A stretch of DNA of 42,774 nt from Thermoplasmatota archaeon (lineage in GTDB: Archaea; Thermoplasmatota; Thermoplasmata; Thermoplasmatales; ARK-15): NCBI GenBank assembly GCA_031961525.1, contig JAVRLI010000001.1, forward strand, positions 1-42,774, read 5' to 3'. Below, piece after piece: positions 26,719 to 34,397 of the stretch. A program made the position numbers and the translations under genes. The notes beneath the pieces were generated by a model. It saw nothing but the letters and a program-made list of their open reading frames with translations, was not told the origin of the DNA and did not search any database. Position 1 is the first letter of the stretch, and every line of letters begins with the position of its first letter.

Positions 26719-27243
26719 ATGTCCGGATCAATTTATGAAAGGGAAATTAGAGAAATACTTTCAGGGAATGAAGAATTTATTGAAAAATTTATAAGGAATT
26801 TTAGTGAGGAGGAGAAATTCTATTACAGAAGCATTATAAAAAAACCATTCTTTGTTGTAAGGGCTGCAGGATCAATGGGTATTGATATTATGGCTGTTAG
26901 GGATGATTTTTCCATACCCATAGAGGTAAAAAGTTCAAAGGAAAATGTTTTAAGGTTCACACAGGGAAGCAGCAGGGCACAGAAACAGGCAGAGTATTAT
27001 ATTTTAATCGCAAGAAAAAGCGGTGTGTTTCCTGTTTATGCCTTCAGGCTAAAAAGGGCAAACGAGGATCCATGGAGGTTTTTCACAATACCCGGTATGG
27101 AAATACATGGTAGAATGGCACTTTTATATGGAGTTTTACCAAAAATGGATTTGACACAGAATGGAAATTTCATATTGAAATGGGAAAAGGGCTTGCCATT
27201 GCATAAATTTTTCAAATACATTAACCGCGATTTTTCCTTATAA
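26719..27243 (+). CDS. hjc: Holliday junction resolvase Hjc-like nuclease
   Basis: SIYEREIREIL ... FVVRAAGSMGIDIMAV ... IPIEVKSS is the E / D / ExK archaeal Hjc pattern. It has about 24 extra residues between the first helix and the VVRAAGS strand compared with Pyrococcus Hjc. Confidence 0.7.
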   Translation: MSGSIYEREIREILSGNEEFIEKFIRNFSEEEKFYYRSIIKKPFFVVRAAGSMGIDIMAVRDDFSIPIEVKSSKENVLRFTQGSSRAQKQAEYYILIARKSGVFPVYAFRLKRANEDPWRFFTIPGMEIHGRMALLYGVLPKMDLTQNGNFILKWEKGLPLHKFFKYINRDFSL

Positions 27244-27544
27244 TGTATCTTTTTATATTTCCGCAGTTAAGGCATTTTATAATAATTCTTCCCTTTCTTA
27301 TTCTCACCGTTGAATTCAGTCCCGGTATAAGTATTGAATAGCAATTTTTGCATATGTATCTTTTTTCAGGTATCTTTACCTTATAATGTTTTGAAATTTC
27401 AAGAATAAGTTTTAGATATTCTTTTTCAAGTTCTTTCTCACCCTTCAATTCTGCATCCTTCGCAAGATCCATGAGATCCCTGATCCAGATCCTTGCCCTT
27501 TCTTTAATGAACTTTTTTCTCAAAGGATTCACCTTTTTCATCAA
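27221..27544 (-). CDS. rnp4: RNase P protein component 4 (Rpp21/Rpr2)
   Basis: N-terminal helical region plus a zinc ribbon, YICKNCYSILIPGLNSTVRIRKGRIIIKCLNCGNIKRY. Confidence 0.8.
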   Translation of the reverse strand: MMKKVNPLRKKFIKERARIWIRDLMDLAKDAELKGEKELEKEYLKLILEISKHYKVKIPEKRYICKNCYSILIPGLNSTVRIRKGRIIIKCLNCGNIKRYIIRKNRG

Positions 27545-27575
27545 TGTTTTAATATTTAAAATATTTTACCATCAT

Positions 27576-28250
27576 ATGCAATTCAAAGCTGTGGCAACGG
27601 ACATTGATGGTACAATAACCGATTTGGATAGAAAAATAGTTACACCTGTAATAGGTGCAATAAGAAAACTTGAAAAGAAGAATATAAAGGTAATACTTGT
27701 AAGCGGTAACGTTTTACCCGTTACGCTTGGTTTCAAAATATTTCTTGGTACAACAGGTCCAATAATTTCCGAAAATGGAGGCATGTTATTTTATGAAAAC
27801 AGTATCTACAAGTATTTTGACAAAAGTGATATAGAGGAGGCTTACAAAAAACTTAAGGAAATAATGCCAAACGCAGAAAGAATATTAACGGACAGATGGA
27901 GGGAAACATCAATTGTTCTTGATAAAAGTCTTGATAAGGAAAGGGTAAAAGAAATAATGGAAGGTATGGGTTTCAGGGTTGAGGCAACCGGTTATGGCAT
28001 ACATGTTACACATAGAGAGCAGACAAAGTTGTTTGGTTTAAAAAAGGCTGCTGAATTGCTCAACATAGATCTTGAGGAAATTGTTGCCTTTGGTGATAGT
28101 GAAAATGATGTTGATATGCTTAAGGGCGCGGGATTCGGTATAGCTGTGAACAATGCATGGGAAATAGTAAAAAGGAATGCAAAAATGGTAACTGATAAAA
28201 AATATGGATACGGTTTTGTTGAGGGATTAAAAAAATTAAAAATGATTTAA
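27576..28250 (+). CDS. HAD-superfamily phosphatase, archaeal phosphoglycolate phosphatase type (Cof-like)
   Basis: ATDIDGTITD (DxDxT), VSGNVLPVTLGFKIFLGTTGPIISENGGMLF, LTDRWRETS, FGDSENDVDM. As I recall it, this is close to Thermoplasma TA0175. The ORF-track extension 27471-27575 overlaps rnp4 and is rejected. Confidence 0.8.
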   Translation: MQFKAVATDIDGTITDLDRKIVTPVIGAIRKLEKKNIKVILVSGNVLPVTLGFKIFLGTTGPIISENGGMLFYENSIYKYFDKSDIEEAYKKLKEIMPNAERILTDRWRETSIVLDKSLDKERVKEIMEGMGFRVEATGYGIHVTHREQTKLFGLKKAAELLNIDLEEIVAFGDSENDVDMLKGAGFGIAVNNAWEIVKRNAKMVTDKKYGYGFVEGLKKLKMI

Positions 28251-28255
28251 TATTT

Positions 28256-28660
28256 TTATTGTGTTGTTTGCTGTTGCTTTAGTTGCTCCTGCTGGTAGTA
28301 CTGCTGTACGCTCCTTATTATTTCATCGTACTTTAGGTATGCAATGAGGAGTAAAATACCTGCAATTACGAATGCAAAAAGAATTGCCAGTATCGTAGCA
28401 ATAAGCGTATCGTGCTTAGCTTCAGCATATTTCTGATTGTTTAATTCATTTGGTATTTTACTGAAAATGTACCAGAGGACAACAATATCTACTATAACCA
28501 AAATCACATAAAAAGGGAAAATAAAAGTAAGGAAGAGAGCAATCAGTAGAGAGATTATTGTCAGTATGCCAGCTATGAGGTTTAAGGTTTTCACTGTCTG
28601 AACATCTGGGGGAATATAAACACCAGTTTGGGGTATCATGATTATGTTTATTTTTTTCAT
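28256..28660 (-). CDS. Small membrane protein with Gln-rich C-terminal tail
   Basis: Three hydrophobic helices and the tail QQYYQQEQLKQQQTTQ. Start Met at 28660 or 28639. Confidence 0.55.
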   Translation of the reverse strand: MKKINIIMIPQTGVYIPPDVQTVKTLNLIAGILTIISLLIALFLTFIFPFYVILVIVDIVVLWYIFSKIPNELNNQKYAEAKHDTLIATILAILFAFVIAGILLLIAYLKYDEIIRSVQQYYQQEQLKQQQTTQ

Positions 28661-28708
28661 GGATATAAAATTTTTCTCTCTTTTATAAAAAATCAAAAGA
28701 TTAAAGAT

Positions 28709-30031
28709 ATGAAATGCTTTTATCGTATTATTATGCCAATAATTGAAACTCTTAAGGCATTGATAGGTCCAACGATTATAACATTAACAATTATAGTTAT
28801 AATTCTCTATGTTGTTTCCTACCTTCGAAGATTTTTTGAATATCTTAAAATAAAGGAATCAAGGTATTTAAGCCCTGATGCAATAAATTACCTTGAACTC
28901 ATAGTATTTTACACAATATTCATGCTTGTTACTGTTGTTATTGTTTTTCTTTATTCCCATGTTTCCTCACTTTTCAGGTCATATACTGTTGAAATCATCT
29001 ATCCATACCTTCCCATGTTCTTTTCAATCCTTCTTGTAATGCTTTTTTCACTTTTTTTACTAGGTATAAATACAAGGGTATTTCAATATTTGAGGGGATC
29101 TCTTTCAGTAAAACCAAATAAAATTATAAGTGAAAAGGTTGGATATTACACAGAAATTATAATGAAATACACAATATACATTGTCGCATTAATTCTAATT
29201 CTTTTAATCATTTTCTCAGGTTTTAATCTCCTTGGTAATATCCAGACAAAAACATATCTTTTTTTCTATAACAACATTGGAGGATGGATATGGATAATAA
29301 TTATAATTTCACTAGGTATTGTTGCCTACCTTCTTACGGCAGCATTTATAAGAGATATTAAGCTCAGATCAAAGGTAGAGAAGGAAAAACTCGGGAGATA
29401 TTTAACATCAATTGCAAAATACATAATTTTCACATTCGTTTTTCTTGCTGTTTTAATGATAATTCTTTCCATGCTTGGTTTTACATACGCCGATATTTTT
29501 ATATTCACCATATTCGTTTTGATTTTTATTATTTCAAGCATTTTCATAATATTCACACCGCTCAGAAACATGTTTGCAGGAATTGTTATACTCTCCACAG
29601 AACCTTTCCTGGAGGATGATTACATTGTTATAGATGAAAACATTGAGGGAAGGGTATTAAACATTACACTTCTCTATACACAACTAAAACAGCCAGATGG
29701 AAAAATTGTATTGGTACCAAATTCAAAGATACTTGAAAGCAAAATAAGAATTGTTTCAAGTTCAGGACTTTCAATACCTGTCCATATGGAAATCAAGGTT
29801 CCTTCAAAATACAAAATTGATTTTGTTGAAAAGGTTTTCAATGATATAACATCAGAAATTGATGAACTTTTCCAGTCAGGTTCAAGGCCATCAATAATTC
29901 TTGAAGAAATTTCCGGTGATTATGATATTTACAGAATAAACTTTCAGATAGATGATTTTAATTCATTAGAAAATGTGAAGGCAAAGATAATGAAAAAATT
30001 AAAAGAAAGACTATCTGTGGAAGAGCATTGA
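28709..30031 (+). CDS. Mechanosensitive ion channel, MscS family
   Basis: Multiple TM helices followed by an MscS beta-domain block, FAGIVILSTEPFLEDDYIVIDENIEGRVLNITLLYTQLKQPDGKIVLVPNSKIL. Confidence 0.8.
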   Translation: MKCFYRIIMPIIETLKALIGPTIITLTIIVIILYVVSYLRRFFEYLKIKESRYLSPDAINYLELIVFYTIFMLVTVVIVFLYSHVSSLFRSYTVEIIYPYLPMFFSILLVMLFSLFLLGINTRVFQYLRGSLSVKPNKIISEKVGYYTEIIMKYTIYIVALILILLIIFSGFNLLGNIQTKTYLFFYNNIGGWIWIIIIISLGIVAYLLTAAFIRDIKLRSKVEKEKLGRYLTSIAKYIIFTFVFLAVLMIILSMLGFTYADIFIFTIFVLIFIISSIFIIFTPLRNMFAGIVILSTEPFLEDDYIVIDENIEGRVLNITLLYTQLKQPDGKIVLVPNSKILESKIRIVSSSGLSIPVHMEIKVPSKYKIDFVEKVFNDITSEIDELFQSGSRPSIILEEISGDYDIYRINFQIDDFNSLENVKAKIMKKLKERLSVEEH

Positions 30032-32224
30032 TATTCTTTCCAGATTTTCCCTTTCACTTCCCACCTTTCTAACTATCAATACAGGCCCATTTAATTTTCC
30101 AAGTATTTTAGGATCTGCTGAGAGTGGAATCATACCTTCAGCAAACTCGGAAGGTGGTGGTGTTATAAGAAACTTTGATTTTTTTGAAATTTCTATTATC
30201 TTGGCTAGAAAATTCTTTGAAATGAGAGATTCTGTTGTGAATTCAACATTTTCATTTCTAAGCGATTCCTCATACTTTTCCATTAAAACTGACTTTTCAC
30301 CATTGTATGTGAACTCATAGACTTTAATTTTTGCGTTTAAAGATTTTGAAAGAATCACACCAATTTTTAATGATAACTCATCACTCCTTTTCTTTGATAT
30401 TATAAGTGTTATTTCATCAATTCTTTCAGGTAAACTATCCCTGAAAATCAATATATCACAGGGAGCATTCCTGTATATTTTTTCAAGTGTTGATCCAAAT
30501 ATTATTCTCCTCACATTTTTCTGTCTCCATGTCATGAAAAGTAAATTTACTTTTCTATTCCTCACTTCATCCTGAATTGCACTTACCGGATCATGGGATG
30601 CAATTATTTTTACATCTGGTGTTTTCCCAAATTTCCTGGAAAGTTTTGACATTCTTTCCATCATTTTTATTTTCTCAGATGCATCGTTGTATGTTATTGA
30701 TGAGGGGGAAATTGTAAGTGGAATTTCAATTGCTGAAAAAAGTGTTATATCTGCATCAATGTTGTTTGCAATTATTGAAGCGATCTTGACGGAATTTGGA
30801 AACTCTTCAGCCAATGGGACAAGCATAACGTTTTCCTTTATTTCTTTTATTTTTTCCGTGGGCGGAATAAGAGGTGATGGTTTTTCTATTGCCTTCTTAC
30901 CTGCCCAGAAATAATAAATGAGAAGACCGATGTCTATCCATGCTATGGCGATTAACCATGCCTCCGGGGAAAAATACCATAATACAACAGCCACCAGGAA
31001 TTTGGATAGGATTGCCATTATGGGTATGAACGGGAACAGCGGTATTTCATACCCTCTCTTTTTTGTTGGGTTTCTGTGTCTATCAACTATTACAGCAATA
31101 TTAACAAGTGCAAAAAGAAGAAGGAACATTATGCTTGCTCCAGCAACCAGGGTATCAAGGGGTAAAAAGAGAACCATTGCTGCTATGATTCCACCTGTAA
31201 TGAAAGTTGCCATGTGTGGTGTTCTATGTTTTGGATGCATTTTTGAGAACAATTTTGGAAGTGATCCATTTCTCCCCATTGCAAATGAAACCCTGATTGC
31301 GGAATATACTGTTGCATTTAGTGTCGCTCCTGAACCAAGGAGCATTGCAAGTACAACAATACACTTACCTATATACGGTATTGTCAATCCACCAAAGTTT
31401 ATCATTGCAAATTTTCCCTGATTTGCCACCCATTCCCATCCAGCCCCTCCTATCATCACAAAAAATAAAAGTATGTAAATTATTGTTACAATTCCAATGG
31501 AAAGGAAAATTGCCCTTGGTATGTTTTTTTCAGGGTTTTCAATCTCTTCAGCAGACTGGGCTATTATCTCGTATCCCTCAAATGCAACAAAAAGAAGACC
31601 CACTCCAAGTATAATACCCAGGGGATCAATCTGGAATGGCTGGAAATTGTTGATAACATTTGGAGATCTTACCATTGCAAAAATTCCAGCCAATATTAGT
31701 ATACCAAGCAAAAGGAGCTGAATATTGTTTATGAATGATTGTGATTTTCCTGTTGTGGCAGTCCCCCAGTAATTTATAAGAATAATGATGAGAAGAATTG
31801 TGAGAGCTATTATTTTCTCAAAAAACACATGACTGAATGGAACATAAATGTTAAAGGCATCAAAAAGCCAGACGATTGCTGTTGCAAAAACAACAGTATA
31901 AAAGGCATCCGCAATGGAATGGGAAAACCATGACATCCATCCACCCATAAATCCAAGCGGTTTTGGAAGTGATTCTTCAACAAAAAGGTATCCACCACCG
32001 GCCTCCGGGTAAACTGTTGAAAGTTCGGCATATGTCATTCCAGTTAATATTGTTATAAGATAGTTGAGACCAAGGGCTATAAGTATTGCCGGACCAGCAA
32101 TCCGAGTTGCCGGTCCTGCCATCACATATATTGTCGCTCCTGTCATTGCACCTATTCCTATATTCAAAAGATCCCTGAACCTCAGATCCCTTCTGAAACT
32201 AATGGAGAGTTTCTCTTCCTGCAT
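30011..32224 (-). CDS. APC-superfamily amino acid/polyamine permease fused to C-terminal tandem universal-stress-protein (USP) domains
   Basis: An N-terminal 12-TM permease of about 440 aa (GAMTGATIYVMAGP, FEGYEIIAQSAEE) is followed by two USP-like alpha/beta units (NVMLVPLAEE..., PCDILIFR; ...GPVLIVRK). Confidence 0.85.
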   Translation of the reverse strand: MQEEKLSISFRRDLRFRDLLNIGIGAMTGATIYVMAGPATRIAGPAILIALGLNYLITILTGMTYAELSTVYPEAGGGYLFVEESLPKPLGFMGGWMSWFSHSIADAFYTVVFATAIVWLFDAFNIYVPFSHVFFEKIIALTILLIIILINYWGTATTGKSQSFINNIQLLLLGILILAGIFAMVRSPNVINNFQPFQIDPLGIILGVGLLFVAFEGYEIIAQSAEEIENPEKNIPRAIFLSIGIVTIIYILLFFVMIGGAGWEWVANQGKFAMINFGGLTIPYIGKCIVVLAMLLGSGATLNATVYSAIRVSFAMGRNGSLPKLFSKMHPKHRTPHMATFITGGIIAAMVLFLPLDTLVAGASIMFLLLFALVNIAVIVDRHRNPTKKRGYEIPLFPFIPIMAILSKFLVAVVLWYFSPEAWLIAIAWIDIGLLIYYFWAGKKAIEKPSPLIPPTEKIKEIKENVMLVPLAEEFPNSVKIASIIANNIDADITLFSAIEIPLTISPSSITYNDASEKIKMMERMSKLSRKFGKTPDVKIIASHDPVSAIQDEVRNRKVNLLFMTWRQKNVRRIIFGSTLEKIYRNAPCDILIFRDSLPERIDEITLIISKKRSDELSLKIGVILSKSLNAKIKVYEFTYNGEKSVLMEKYEESLRNENVEFTTESLISKNFLAKIIEISKKSKFLITPPPSEFAEGMIPLSADPKILGKLNGPVLIVRKVGSERENLERISMLFHR

Positions 32225-32253
32225 AATTGGAAATCATAATTTAATACCCATTC

Positions 32254-33372
32254 TTAATGTTTTTTATAATATCCTTCCATGTAAAATACAATCAATGCTG
32301 AAAAAAGAGGACCAAGTGAAAGAAAAATGAATGCATAGTATATGTTTTTAGAATATTCAATAATTGATCCAATAATAGCTGGAACAATGATCTGGCTTGG
32401 CTGTGAAATCAGATTTGCAAGACCCATGGATGTTGCAGCCCTACCTTTTGTAATTTCAGCTATGTATGTGTCAAGAGGTGTTCTGAAGAAATAAACAACG
32501 AATCCCAGGAAAAATGAAAAGATATAAAGAAGGTTAAAGGGAATAAATGGAAAAATTATTAAAAATATAAAGAAAATAATAAGGGATAATATTATAATCC
32601 TTTCCCTTATTCTAAAATAATCGGATATAAAACCTGATACCGGAGAAGCTATAATGCTTCCGATGGAAAATATTATAAGTGAAATGCCTGCATAATAATA
32701 ACTGTTGAATCTCAAAAAAATAAGAAGGTAAAGGAAAGATGATGTACCCCACAGTCCCCAGAAACCAAAAAATCTTGCAAGTGATGTAAGGATTGAGATT
32801 ATGTTTATTGCACCCTTTCTATGCTCATATTTTTCATTCTTTATGAATAAAACAATTATTGCTATAAAGAATGTTAGAATTGATAGGTAAAGGTAAACAA
32901 TTCTCCAGGCATCAATGCTAATTTTCAGAGAATAAACATTTACAATGAAAAGTGTTAGCGGTGCAACGAGATTTAATGTACCTATTGATGTACTTTTATA
33001 ACTTTCACTTTTTTCAGCGATCAACTTTACAGATCCAATGTATGTTGGTCCTGAAAAAATTCCTATAAAAAACATTAACAGGATTGCTTCCAGATAATTT
33101 TCAATGAATGAAAAAGCATAGATCAATATTGCCATTATGAATAAAGAAAATGAAACAACTCTGAAACCATATTTGTCAACAAAGTATCCCATTGGTAAAT
33201 TTGATATTGTATATCCTGTATAAAAGGATGTTAATATCAAACCTCCAAGGAAATAATTTATTGCAAGAGCATTTGTTATTGGTATAATTGTAACACTGTA
33301 AATTAATCTAACAAAAACCTCAGGGAAGGTTATAAGGATTGCCATTGAAACGATCAACAATTTCTTTAACAT
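32254..33372 (-). CDS. MFS-type transporter
   Basis: 372 aa, about 12 hydrophobic helices. MFS-like loop GYFVDKYGFR after TM2. Confidence 0.75.
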   Translation of the reverse strand: MLKKLLIVSMAILITFPEVFVRLIYSVTIIPITNALAINYFLGGLILTSFYTGYTISNLPMGYFVDKYGFRVVSFSLFIMAILIYAFSFIENYLEAILLMFFIGIFSGPTYIGSVKLIAEKSESYKSTSIGTLNLVAPLTLFIVNVYSLKISIDAWRIVYLYLSILTFFIAIIVLFIKNEKYEHRKGAINIISILTSLARFFGFWGLWGTSSFLYLLIFLRFNSYYYAGISLIIFSIGSIIASPVSGFISDYFRIRERIIILSLIIFFIFLIIFPFIPFNLLYIFSFFLGFVVYFFRTPLDTYIAEITKGRAATSMGLANLISQPSQIIVPAIIGSIIEYSKNIYYAFIFLSLGPLFSALIVFYMEGYYKKH

Positions 33373-33377
33373 TTTAA

Positions 33378-33462
33378 TGCGGAGGGGGAGATTTGAACTC
33401 CCGAATCCCTATGGAAGCAGATCTTGAGTCTGCCGCCTTTAGCCAGGCTCGGCAACCTCCGC
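33378..33462 (-). tRNA. tRNA-Leu (anticodon CAA)
   Basis: Reverse complement is GCGGAGGTTGCCGAGCCTGGCTAAAGGCGGCAGACTCAAGATCTGCTTCCATAGGGATTCGGGAGTTCAAATCTCCCCCTCCGCA. Anticodon stem GCAGA/TCTGC with loop CTCAAGA, a long variable arm (TCC-ATA-GGA) and T arm GGGAG-TTCAAAT-CTCCC. 85 nt. Confidence 0.9.
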
Positions 33463-33510
33463 ACAAAAATTCATAAAGATAATTCTTTATTTTTAATTTT
33501 TCATTAACCA

Positions 33511-33831
33511 TTACTGTACTTTCTTTTTCTTTGTTGTAGTCTTTATTTCCGTAATTTTAGAATTCAAATCGCTTATCATTGCCTCAATGGCATCCTCAAG
33601 TTCTGTAAAAAATTCCTTCAGTTTATCATCGATGTCATAGATGATATGGTAATATGTTGTGTTTATTTTTGCAGATAGAACGTTCAGGAATGAAATCTTG
33701 TTCTCAAGTTCTTCAAGAACTTTCTTAATTTCTTCCTGTGTTTTCTTAAGATCTTCTATATCCTTCTCCAATTTCATCACCGTCTGTGAAACTCTTTCTA
33801 TTTCTTCTTCCAGTTTTTTCTTTGAAAACAT
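33511..33831 (-). CDS. Coiled-coil hypothetical protein (106 aa)
   Basis: Heptad-rich, charged sequence (LEEEIERVSQTVMKLEKDIEDLKKTQEEIKKVLEELENK) with a Lys-rich tail. No family recognised. Confidence 0.5.
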   Translation of the reverse strand: MFSKKKLEEEIERVSQTVMKLEKDIEDLKKTQEEIKKVLEELENKISFLNVLSAKINTTYYHIIYDIDDKLKEFFTELEDAIEAMISDLNSKITEIKTTTKKKKVQ

Positions 33832-33975
33832 TTCATAATGTGATCTGAAATGAATATAATAAATTTTTTGGAATTCTGCTTCAAATTTATATCATTAAAA
33901 GGAGAAAGATTTTCCATAATTAATGATTGCAAAATTTTATGTCCGGATAAAATTTTCATATAAGGTAACATAACC

Positions 33976-33983
33976 TTTATATT
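33976..33983 (+). promoter_or_regulatory. TATA box (tttatatt) about 30 nt upstream of the tRNA-Lys 5' end
   Basis: Read directly in ...cataacctttatatttgaagtg... It is the only TATA-like element before the rpoH operon. Confidence 0.55.
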
Positions 33984-34009
33984 TGAAGTGTAATTTAGGT
34001 AAAGAGCAC

Positions 34010-34083
34010 GGGCCCGTAGCTCAGCTAGGTAGAGCATCTGGCTTTTAACCAGGTGGCCGGGGGTTCGAATCCCCTCGGGCCCG
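34010..34083 (+). tRNA. tRNA-Lys (anticodon UUU)
   Basis: GGGCCCGTAGCTCAGCTAGGTAGAGCATCTGGCTTTTAACCAGGTGGCCGGGGGTTCGAATCCCCTCGGGCCCG. D stem GCTC/GAGC, anticodon stem TCTGG/CCAGG with loop CTTTTAA, T arm GGGGG-TTCGAAT-CCCCT. 74 nt. Confidence 0.9.
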
Positions 34084-34103
34084 CTGATAAGAAGGTGCGT
34101 AGG

Positions 34104-34358
34104 ATGAAGAAAATAAATGTATTGGAACATGAACTGGTTCCAGAACACTATCTTCTTTCAGAGGAGGAAGAGAGGGAAATTCTTGAAAAATTACAGATAT
34201 CAAAGGATTCATTGCCAAAAATAAAAAGAAGCGATCCTGCTATAAAAATGCTCGAAAAAATAAGCGGACCAATTAAACCGGGAAGGGTGATAAAAATTAT
34301 TCGAAAAAGTCCCACATCTGGGAAAACAGTAGCGTACAGGGTTGTTGTAGAGGAATGA
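34104..34358 (+). CDS. rpoH: DNA-directed RNA polymerase subunit H (Rpo5)
   Basis: MKKINVLEHELVPEHYLLSEEEEREILEKLQISKDSLPKIKRSDPAIKML...GRVIKIIRKSPTSGKTVAYRVV is the canonical RpoH sequence. The ORF-track start at 34053 lies inside the tRNA and is rejected. AGGTG at 34093-34097. Confidence 0.9.
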   Translation: MKKINVLEHELVPEHYLLSEEEEREILEKLQISKDSLPKIKRSDPAIKMLEKISGPIKPGRVIKIIRKSPTSGKTVAYRVVVEE

Positions 34359-34397
34359 AAAAATTTTTATCTATGGAATATTAAGGATGTGGATAAC

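Noticed and set aside
27471-27575. N-terminal extension of the HAD phosphatase ORF
   Set aside because: It overlaps the rnp4 gene on the other strand and encodes a hydrophobic non-homologous leader. The HAD DxDxT motif follows immediately after Met at 27576.
33832-34009. 178-nt gap before tRNA-Lys scanned for a small RNA or small ORF (MNIINFLEFCF...)
   Set aside because: It holds only AT-rich promoter-like sequence for the two divergent units. The 37-aa ORF is hydrophobic and low-complexity without support.
33798-34148. 116-aa minus-strand ORF, and the 34053 start of the rpoH ORF
   Set aside because: Both run through the tRNA-Lys gene (34010-34083). The rpoH homology starts at ATG 34104, which is preceded by a Shine-Dalgarno.
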